NCBI GenBank assembly: GCA_003601775.1
Contig: PIYN01000014.1
Span: 10,479 to 74,478 of the forward strand
DNA length: 64,000 nt
Reading direction: 5' to 3'
Source: Candidatus Bathyarchaeota archaeon
Lineage (GTDB): Archaea; Thermoproteota; Bathyarchaeia; TCS64; PIYN01
Positions 27,719 to 35,150 of the stretch are shown one piece after another (position 1 is the stretch's first letter; each line of letters begins with the position of its first letter). A program made the position numbers and the translations under genes. The notes beneath the pieces were generated by a model. The model searched no databases. It saw only the letters and a program-made list of their open reading frames with translations, and was not told where the DNA came from.

Positions 27719-29815
27719 ATGACCGAGTTCGACGTGATGCCGGGGAATAAGGCCGTCGCCTACGGCGTGAAGCTCTCAAGGGTCGAGGTAGTCCCGATCT
27801 ACCCCATCACCCCCCAGACCACCATCGTCGAGTACATAGGGGAGTTCATAGCCAACGGGGAGCTGGAGGCGGAGTACATCCAGGCCGAGGGGGAGCACAG
27901 CGCCATGGGTATGGCCATAGGCGCCTCCCTCGCCGGCGCCCGAGCCTTCACGGCCTCCTCCTCCCAGGGGGTCGCCTACATGCACGAGTGCATAGCCCAG
28001 GCCCCAGGCTACCGGACCCCCATCGTCATGGCGGTGGCGAACAGGACCCTCGGCTGGTACTGGGCCCTCGGCCCCGACTACTCGGATATCATGCCGGAGC
28101 TCAACCTCGGCTGGATCGTCCTCATGGCGGAGAGCAACCAGGAGTGCCTCGATACGGTCATACAGCTCTACAGGGTCGCCGAGGACCCCAGGGTCCTCCT
28201 CCCTGCGATGATGTCCCTCGACGGCTTCTACCTCTCCTACTCCTACGAGAAGGTGCTGATACCAGACCAGGAGGTCGTGGACGAGTTCCTACCCCCCTAT
28301 GTGGCGAAGTATCCTGTGGACCCGACCATAAGCGATAAGTGGCCGGCCCCGGGGCTCCCCCCTGCCCTCCACACGACCTACCGGAGGCTCTTCGAGGAGG
28401 TCCTGGGGGACGCGAAGAGGGTCATAAAGGAGGTGGACGAGGAGTTCAGGGAGATCTTCGGGAGGGGGTACGGCGGCCTCCTGGAGGAGTACAAGTGCGA
28501 GGGGGCCGAGGCCGTCCTGGTCACGATGGGGTCCATGACGACGGCGGCGAGGAGGGCTGTGGACAGGCTCAGGAGGGAGGGAAAGAGGATCGGCCTCGTG
28601 AAGCTGAGGGCCCTCAGGCCCTTCCCAAAGGAGGAGTTCAGGAGGATCGCTGAGGAGGTCAACGTCATAGGGGTGGTGGATAGGATGGTCCTCCATGGGA
28701 CGGGAGGCGGCGGGGTCTTCGCAGACCTGAAGTCGGCGCTCTATAGCCTCGAGGAGAGGCCGAAGCTCCTGAACTTCGTCGCTGGTATGGGCGGCGATGA
28801 TATCTCGGTGGAGGACTTCATGGCGATGGGGAGGAAGGTCCATAGGGTCCTGGAGACGGGTCGTGTGGAGAGGGAGGTCGAGTTCGTCGAGCACCCACTT
28901 CCGCCCTCCCGCGGCCCCGTGCCCATGGAGAAGATGCCCATCTACCCCTCGAGCGGCGGGTGCGCCGGCTGCGGTGCGAGCATCGCCCTCAGGAACATCC
29001 TGGACGTCCTGGGCCTCAACACAGTCGTCATAAACCCTCCGAGCTGTGCCACGGTCAACTACTCCGCGCAGGTCTCCGTCCCCTGGGTCCTGGCCAACTA
29101 TGCGGCGGGTCCCGCCTATGAGACGGGTGTCTTCCGCGCCTACAGGATCAAGGGGAAGACCGGCAGGATCGCCGTGATCGGCTTCTCGGGGGACGGGGGG
29201 ACGGTGGATATCGGCCTCCAAGCCCTCTCCGGGGCGGCTGAGCGGGGGGAGTCCATGATCTGGATCTGTTACGACAACGAGGCCTACATGAACACGGGGG
29301 TTCAGAGGAGCGGCTCCACGCCCCTCTTCTCGAGGACCACCTCCACGCCCGTGGGGAAGCTATGGAGGGGGAAGGGGCAGCGGCGTAAGAACATGGTCCT
29401 CATCATGGCCGCCCATAGGATACCCTACATCGCGACTGCCTCCATCGCCTACCTCCCGGACCTGAGAAGGAAGGTAAAGAGGGCGGCGGAGATCACCGCT
29501 GCCGGGAGGGGCCTCGCCTACATCCACATCCAACAGCCCTGTCCGACGGGCTGGTACTTCCCCGTGGATAAGACCGTGGAGGTCGCGAGGCTCGCCGTGG
29601 AGACAGGCGCCTGGCCCCTCCTGGAGATCGAGGAGGGAAGGCTGAGGATCAACTTTAAGCCGAGGAAACTAAAGCCCATCGGGGAGTACCTCAGGCTCCA
29701 GGGGAGGTTCAGGCACCTGACGGAGGAGGAGATCGCGGAGATACAGAGAGTCGTGGAGGAGGACTGGAGGTCCTGGCTCGAGCTGGAGAAGATGGGGAAG
29801 CTACCCTGGTACTGA
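27719..29815 (+). CDS. porA: 2-oxoacid:ferredoxin oxidoreductase fused alpha-beta subunit
   Basis: 698 aa. The N-terminal 400 aa align to the alpha subunit (YPITPQTTIVEY...). A Pro-rich linker HPLPPSRGPVP joins a complete beta subunit (MEKMPIYPSSGGCAGCG ... TPP-binding GDGG..NEAYMNTG). Separate alpha and beta genes exist in the paralogous cluster at 46833..49026. Confidence 0.85.
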   Translation: MTEFDVMPGNKAVAYGVKLSRVEVVPIYPITPQTTIVEYIGEFIANGELEAEYIQAEGEHSAMGMAIGASLAGARAFTASSSQGVAYMHECIAQAPGYRTPIVMAVANRTLGWYWALGPDYSDIMPELNLGWIVLMAESNQECLDTVIQLYRVAEDPRVLLPAMMSLDGFYLSYSYEKVLIPDQEVVDEFLPPYVAKYPVDPTISDKWPAPGLPPALHTTYRRLFEEVLGDAKRVIKEVDEEFREIFGRGYGGLLEEYKCEGAEAVLVTMGSMTTAARRAVDRLRREGKRIGLVKLRALRPFPKEEFRRIAEEVNVIGVVDRMVLHGTGGGGVFADLKSALYSLEERPKLLNFVAGMGGDDISVEDFMAMGRKVHRVLETGRVEREVEFVEHPLPPSRGPVPMEKMPIYPSSGGCAGCGASIALRNILDVLGLNTVVINPPSCATVNYSAQVSVPWVLANYAAGPAYETGVFRAYRIKGKTGRIAVIGFSGDGGTVDIGLQALSGAAERGESMIWICYDNEAYMNTGVQRSGSTPLFSRTTSTPVGKLWRGKGQRRKNMVLIMAAHRIPYIATASIAYLPDLRRKVKRAAEITAAGRGLAYIHIQQPCPTGWYFPVDKTVEVARLAVETGAWPLLEIEEGRLRINFKPRKLKPIGEYLRLQGRFRHLTEEEIAEIQRVVEEDWRSWLELEKMGKLPWY

Positions 29816-29834
29816 AGGCCCCCCTCTTTTTTAT
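29816..29834 (+). terminator. archaeal oligo-T terminator (C-run then TTTTTT) after porAB
   Basis: CCCCCCTCTTTTTTAT read directly downstream of the stop codon; a near-identical element follows the second POR cluster. Confidence 0.5.
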
Positions 29835-29860
29835 CAGAAGGCTCTAATATCTCCTCCAAG

Positions 29861-29879
29861 TATCCACCTTCGGTGGATA
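29861..29879 (+). promoter_or_regulatory. perfect 8-bp hairpin TATCCACC-TTC-GGTGGATA ending 1 nt before the start codon of the ThrRS-editing-domain gene
   Basis: Inverted repeat read directly; position suggests transcript-end stabiliser or translational control of the downstream gene. Confidence 0.35.
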
Positions 29880-29880
29880 T

Positions 29881-30294
29881 ATGAGGGTCCTACAGCTCCA
29901 CTGCTCGGAGTTCAGCTACTCCGTCAGGAGGGAGACGCCGGTCGCGGAGAGGCCGGCGGAGCCGAGGGAGGAGCGCCTCGAGAACGTCCTCGTCTGCCTC
30001 ATCTGCTTCGAGAAGGGGGATGAGCACCGCATCGAGGCGCTCATCGAGAGCTTCGTCGAGAGCCTCAGGGTCGATACCTCGCGCCTGGGGTGTAGGAGGC
30101 TCCTCCTCTACCCCTACGCCCACCTATCTAAGAACCTGGGCTCGGCCAGGTCGGCGAAGGAGTTCATGAAGAGGCTCAGGGACCGCCTTGTAGAGGAGGG
30201 CTTCGAGGCCCATAAGTCGCCCTTCGGCTGGTATAAGGCCTTCTCCCTCACCTGCCTCGGCCACCCCCTGGCAGAGGCCTACAGGGAGTTTTAG
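29881..30294 (+). CDS. free-standing archaeal ThrRS-type editing domain protein (tRNA-Thr_ED fold; DTD2-like D-aminoacyl-tRNA deacylase candidate)
   Basis: 137 aa. MRVLQLHCSEFSY..., ...LLLYPYAHLS... and ...SPFGWYKAFSLTCLGHPL match the hallmark blocks of the N-terminal editing domain of archaeal threonyl-tRNA synthetase. Confidence 0.6.
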   Translation: MRVLQLHCSEFSYSVRRETPVAERPAEPREERLENVLVCLICFEKGDEHRIEALIESFVESLRVDTSRLGCRRLLLYPYAHLSKNLGSARSAKEFMKRLRDRLVEEGFEAHKSPFGWYKAFSLTCLGHPLAEAYREF

Positions 30295-30299
30295 GGGAT

Positions 30300-31463
30300 T
30301 CAGAGGCGGGTGAGCTGCTTCTCCGCCTCCCCCACCGCCGTCCCCGCCTCGACAGGGTATCCGAGTTCCATCAGGGACATCTCCAGCGCCGCCAGCGTCG
30401 CGACCACGTCGTTCGCCGTCACCGTCCCCATGTGTCCGATCCTGAAGGTCCTCCCGGCCAGCCTCCCGAGGCCGCCGGCGACGATGACCCTGTACTTCTC
30501 CCTCATCAGCCTCCTCACCTCCTGCTCCGCCACCCCCTCAGGGGCCTCTGGGACGGTCAGGGAGTTGGCCCTGTACCCCTCCCTCGGGAAGAGGGTCAGC
30601 CCCAGGGATTGGACCCCCCTCCTGACGGCCTCGGCTATGACCTCGTGCCTCCTCCACCGCTCCTCCAATCCCTCCTCCATTACGATGCGGAGGGCCTCCC
30701 TCAGGGCCAGGAGCAGCGGGACGGAGGGGGTTGCGAAGTACCTCTGCGGGTTCTCCATCACGGGGAGCCACCTCCTCAGATCGGCGTAGTAGTCGGTCAC
30801 CGGCGTCTCCCTCCCCTCAACGACCCTCCAGGCATCATCGCTGAAGGTGAGGAGGGTGAGCCCCGGGGGAGCCCCTATCGCCTTCTGGCTCCCCGTGAGG
30901 CAGACGTCTATGCCCCACTCGTCCACCTTCACCGGCATCGCGCCTATGCCGCAGACGGTGTCGACGATGTATAGGGCATCGAAGTCCCTCGCCGCCTCGC
31001 CGACCTTATCGATGGGGTTCGCGATCCCCGTCGAGGTATCGACGTGCTCAACCGTCAAGGCCTTGTAGGGCTTCTCCTCCAACCTCTCCCTCACCAACCC
31101 CACGTCGACGGGCTCCCCCCACTCAAAGGTGAGGCGGTCCACCTCCCCTCCATGGGCCCTGACGAGGTCCTTGAACTTCTCGCCGAAGAACCCATTCTCC
31201 ACGCAGAGAACCCTGTCCCCCGGCTCGACGACATTAGCTATCGCCGCCTCCATCCCGAGGGTCCCCGACCCAGAGAGGATGAAGACCCTCCCCTCCGAGA
31301 GGAAGAGCCTCCTCGTGAGCTCAAGAGCCTCCCTGAAGGCCTCGACGAACTCGCCGCTCACGTGGCTCACAACGGGCTTCGCCATGACCCTCAAGACCCT
31401 CGGGGAGACCATGGTGGGACCGGGGATCATTAAGAGTTCACGTTCATCACCCATACTCAGCAC
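30300..31463 (-). CDS. class V aminotransferase (serine-pyruvate/alanine-glyoxylate aminotransferase family)
   Basis: 387 aa; N-terminal LMIPGPT, PLP-Lys in CLTGSQKAIGAPPG. Confidence 0.8.
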   Translation of the reverse strand: MLSMGDERELLMIPGPTMVSPRVLRVMAKPVVSHVSGEFVEAFREALELTRRLFLSEGRVFILSGSGTLGMEAAIANVVEPGDRVLCVENGFFGEKFKDLVRAHGGEVDRLTFEWGEPVDVGLVRERLEEKPYKALTVEHVDTSTGIANPIDKVGEAARDFDALYIVDTVCGIGAMPVKVDEWGIDVCLTGSQKAIGAPPGLTLLTFSDDAWRVVEGRETPVTDYYADLRRWLPVMENPQRYFATPSVPLLLALREALRIVMEEGLEERWRRHEVIAEAVRRGVQSLGLTLFPREGYRANSLTVPEAPEGVAEQEVRRLMREKYRVIVAGGLGRLAGRTFRIGHMGTVTANDVVATLAALEMSLMELGYPVEAGTAVGEAEKQLTRL

Positions 31464-31565
31464 CGATGAAATATCTCCGGATGGGGTAATTAACGTTTTT
31501 GAGAAGCCGTTCCCCTCGATCCTTCTGCTGGGGCAAATTAAATATAGGGACAGGTCGAGTCTCTA

Positions 31566-32831
31566 ATGGGGTTTCTCGCCTTGAAGAGGGTTGTCGTCCC
31601 TAACCTCGAGTGGTATGGCGATCAGCCGCTTGAGCTGCTCTTCCCGGAGCGATGGGAGGTCACGAGGTGTAGGATGGAGGGGGAGGGGAAGCGGGGGCTC
31701 CGGGACGAGGAGATCAGGGCGGCGCTGGAGAACCCCGTGGGGACGAAGCCCCTCTCCCGGCTGGCGGAGGGGCATGAGGAGGTCGTCATCCTCTTCGACG
31801 ACATGACCCGACCCACCAAGACATACAGGGTCCTCCCCTTTATCCTCGAGACCCTGGAGAAGGCGGGGATACCAGATGAGAACGTCCGCCTCATCATGGC
31901 GACGGGGTCTCACGGCCCCCATGGCCGCCTCGACTTCGTGAAGAAGCTGGGGGAGGAGGTCGTCGAGCGCTATCCCGTCTATAATCATAACCCCTACGAC
32001 AACCTCGAGGACCTCGGGGAGACAAGTAGGGGGACGCCTGTGAAGGTCAATGCGGAGGTGATGGGGTGCGACCTGAAGATCGGGATCGGCTCGATCCTCT
32101 TCCACAGGCTCATGGGCTTCAGCGGCGGAGGGAAGATCATCATGCCCGGCGTAGCGGGGATCGAGACCATCCAGCACAACCATGGGGATGTCGGCGGCTT
32201 CGGGGCTGGGAGGAGACCCCATCCCTCCACGGGGTACCTGAGAAACGAGGGGAACGTGATGCGCCTGGACGCGGAGGAGGCCGCGAGGATGGCGGGCCTC
32301 GACTTCAAGGTCGATATGGTTATAAACCTGAGGCGGGAGCCCATAGCCCTCTTCGCAGGGGACTTCGTCGAGGAGCAGAGGCTCGGGGCGCAGAGGGCCT
32401 ACAGGGAGCACGCGACGGAGACGCCGAGGGAGATGGACATAGTCGTCGTGAACGCCTACGCCCGGGCGAACGAGCCCCACATCGCGATGTGGGCCGCCTA
32501 CACCTCCGTGAAGGAGGACGGAACGATCGTCCTCATCCCCAACGCCCCAGACGGCGAGATCAACCACTGGATCTTCGGGCGCCACGGGAAATGGCATGGG
32601 GGGCGGCTCTGGGGACCCAGGCCCAGAAGACCGCTTCAGAGGGGGAGGAGGCTGATCATATACTCGCCCTACAGGGAGCGGACCCTCGAGATGAAGTTCG
32701 GCCTCCCGGAACAGGTCACTTGGGTGAAGACCTGGGTGGAGGTCCTGGAGGAGTTAAGGAACAACTATCCGGGGCGCGCCAGGGTCGCGGTCTACCCCGA
32801 TGCGACGCTCGGCTATCCGCGGACCGCCTGA
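31566..32831 (+). CDS. LarA-family (nickel-pincer-dependent lactate racemase-like) protein
   Basis: 421 aa; DUF2088/LarA N-terminal domain pattern with conserved His clusters (ATGSHGPHG, IQHNHGD). Confidence 0.7.
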   Translation: MGFLALKRVVVPNLEWYGDQPLELLFPERWEVTRCRMEGEGKRGLRDEEIRAALENPVGTKPLSRLAEGHEEVVILFDDMTRPTKTYRVLPFILETLEKAGIPDENVRLIMATGSHGPHGRLDFVKKLGEEVVERYPVYNHNPYDNLEDLGETSRGTPVKVNAEVMGCDLKIGIGSILFHRLMGFSGGGKIIMPGVAGIETIQHNHGDVGGFGAGRRPHPSTGYLRNEGNVMRLDAEEAARMAGLDFKVDMVINLRREPIALFAGDFVEEQRLGAQRAYREHATETPREMDIVVVNAYARANEPHIAMWAAYTSVKEDGTIVLIPNAPDGEINHWIFGRHGKWHGGRLWGPRPRRPLQRGRRLIIYSPYRERTLEMKFGLPEQVTWVKTWVEVLEELRNNYPGRARVAVYPDATLGYPRTA

Positions 32832-32907
32832 GCCCCGGGGACCCCGCCTCCTCCGATCTTCGAGCGGAGGCAAATGAGATAAGTCAGGTCGTGGGATTCC
32901 TCCGTGA

Positions 32908-33844
32908 GATGCCTGTCTCAGAGGAGGCCCGGGCCCATTCAGGGGAGCACGTCCTCTTCCAATCCCTATCGAGGGTCTTCAGGGGGATGGAGTCCGTAAA
33001 GGTCGTCCTGGGCCCTGGGAAGAAGCAGCTCTTCGTGAGATACAGCGGTGAGATCGACTGGGATGGGGTGTTGGAGGCGGAGAAGCTGGCGAACAGGGTT
33101 ATACGGGAGGACAGGAGGATAAGGGTCGTCGTCGGCGACAGGGAGGAGGTGAGGAGAAGATACGGGAGGAGGCTGAGGGGGAGGTGGGACCTGATCAAGG
33201 ATAAGCAGATCAGGATCGTCGAGGTCGAGAACTTTGACTACGTGGCCTGTAAGGGGGAGCACGTCCAGAGGACCGGGGAGATCGGCTTCATCGTCGTAAA
33301 GGGCTTCAGGAAGACCAGGAGGGGGGAGTACGAGATCCAGTTCGAGGTCGGGGAGAGGGCCTGGGAATACGCCCTGGAGTCGAAGAGGCTCGCCATGAGA
33401 CTCGTCGAGATCCTCGGGACGACCCCGGAGATCGCTGAGGAGACGGCGAGGAACCTCAGGGAGGAGGCCCAGAGGCTGAGGAGGGGGATGAGGGAGGCGA
33501 GTAAGAGGGCCTTGGAGAACCTGAAATATGAGGAGGTGAGAGGAGTACGGGTCTACTCCGGGGTCTTCGAGGGCCTCGATAGGAGGGAGCTGGTGAAGAG
33601 GGCGGCGGACCTGAGGAAGGAGGGGAATACCGTTGTGGTCCTCGGGGACCTCTCAGGCTTCCTCGTCATGGGGAGGAGCGACGACCTCGGCTTCAACGTG
33701 ATCCCCCTACTGGAGAAGGGCTGCCGCTTTCTCGGCGGGAGGTGTGGGGGGAGGGAGAAACTCGCCTTTGGAGGAGGGTTTAAGTCCAAGGACCTGAGGG
33801 AGGCCGTCGACCTAATAAAGAGAGAACTGACTAAGATCCTATGA
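32908..33844 (+). CDS. alaX: AlaX-like alanyl-tRNA editing protein (editing domain plus Gly-rich DHHA1-like C-terminal domain)
   Basis: Zinc-binding HxxxH (HSGEHV) and CxxxH (CKGEHV) motifs of the AlaRS/ThrRS second-additional domain; C-terminal GGRCGGREKLAFGGG glycine motif. The start is uncertain: the frame is open far upstream, and the first ATG after the LarA stop was used. Confidence 0.6.
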
Positions 33845-35061
33845 AGGGGGAAAGGAGGTATTGGATGTTCAAGACATCGATAAGCGGTCTCAGCCCTGAT
33901 GAGATCTGGGAGCGCGTCCAGGGCTTCTCCTCCTGGATCGAGGTGGACCTGGACAGTATCGGGCATAACCTCTCCCAGATCAGGGAGCTCGTGGGCGACC
34001 GAGGGATCATCCCTGTGGTCAAGGCGAACGCCTACGGACACGGCCTCATACCCATCGTCAGGTTCCTCATGGAGGAGGGGGTGGAGACCTTCCTCGTGGC
34101 GAAGCTGGAGGAGGCCCTCGCGATCCGGGGGGCGGGGCTCAAGTGTGGCGTCTTGAACATGGACCCCCTCTTCTCCGACCGACAGTTCAGGACCGTTGTC
34201 TCAGAGGAGATCGCCCAGACGGTCTTCACGTTAGAGGCGGCTGAGAGGCTCTCGAGGGCCGCTGAGGAGGTAGGAAAGCCGGCGAGGGTCCACGTTAAGG
34301 TCGATACGGGGCTCGGGAGGGTCGGGGTGAGGTACGACAGGGCAGCGGAGTTCGTCAAGCGGATTAGCGGGCTACCCGGGCTGGTCGTCGAGGGGCTCTT
34401 CTCCACCTTCACGGAGGCGAAGCCCTTCGACGAAGTCCAGCTCCGGAGGTTCCTGGAGGTAGACGCCTCCCTGAGGCGGTCCGGCGTCGAGGTCCCCCTC
34501 AGGCATATGGCGAGCAGCGACGCCCTCCTCTCCCTCCCGGAGGCCTACCTGGATGCCGTGAGGCCGGGGATCATCCTCTACGGTTACTACCCCTCTGAGA
34601 GGGCTGAGGAGGAGAGGAGGGTGGAGCTGAGGCCCGCGTTGAGGCTTAAGGCCCGGGTCGAGCTCGTGAAGTGGTTGGAGGCGGGGGACTCTGTCTCCTA
34701 CCTCAGGGCTTACATGGCGGAGAGGAGGATGAGGGTGGCGACGATCCACGTTGGGTACTCCGACGGCTACCCTCACACCCTCTCCAACAAGGGCTCGATC
34801 CTACTGGGAGACCGAGAGGCAGAGATCATCGGCCGGGTCTCCGCCAACCACTTCGTCGTGAGCCTCGACGGCCTCGGCGACGTGGAGGAAGGAGATGAGG
34901 CCCTCCTTCTGGGCGGCGATGGGGAGACATCCCTGAGTAGAGTCGCCTGGAAGGCAGGAACGTCCACCTACAAGGTCCTGATCGGCCTCAGCCCGCTCCT
35001 GCCGAGGGTCTACCTCAAGGGGGGAGCCCCTGTGGACCTCTGGCCCCCTCCCCTGTGGTAG
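33841..35061 (+). CDS. alr: alanine racemase (PLP-dependent)
   Basis: PLP-lysine motif VVKANAYGHG and the two-domain racemase organisation; 406 aa. Start is possibly MFKTSI at 33865. Confidence 0.85.
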   Translation: MKGERRYWMFKTSISGLSPDEIWERVQGFSSWIEVDLDSIGHNLSQIRELVGDRGIIPVVKANAYGHGLIPIVRFLMEEGVETFLVAKLEEALAIRGAGLKCGVLNMDPLFSDRQFRTVVSEEIAQTVFTLEAAERLSRAAEEVGKPARVHVKVDTGLGRVGVRYDRAAEFVKRISGLPGLVVEGLFSTFTEAKPFDEVQLRRFLEVDASLRRSGVEVPLRHMASSDALLSLPEAYLDAVRPGIILYGYYPSERAEEERRVELRPALRLKARVELVKWLEAGDSVSYLRAYMAERRMRVATIHVGYSDGYPHTLSNKGSILLGDREAEIIGRVSANHFVVSLDGLGDVEEGDEALLLGGDGETSLSRVAWKAGTSTYKVLIGLSPLLPRVYLKGGAPVDLWPPPLW

Positions 35062-35150
35062 GGGGGTGACGGCTGTTTCGGGTCGAGGGGGAGAGGGAGT
35101 CTTATAAAGCCTTTAAGGAGTGGATAACTTAAACCAGATCAAAATCGCCT

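Noticed and set aside
32066-33844. 592-aa plus-strand ORF
   Set aside because: Only the last roughly 310 codons (the AlaX-like protein) are meaningful. The 5' two-thirds overlaps LarA in another frame and translates to Arg/Gly-rich low complexity.
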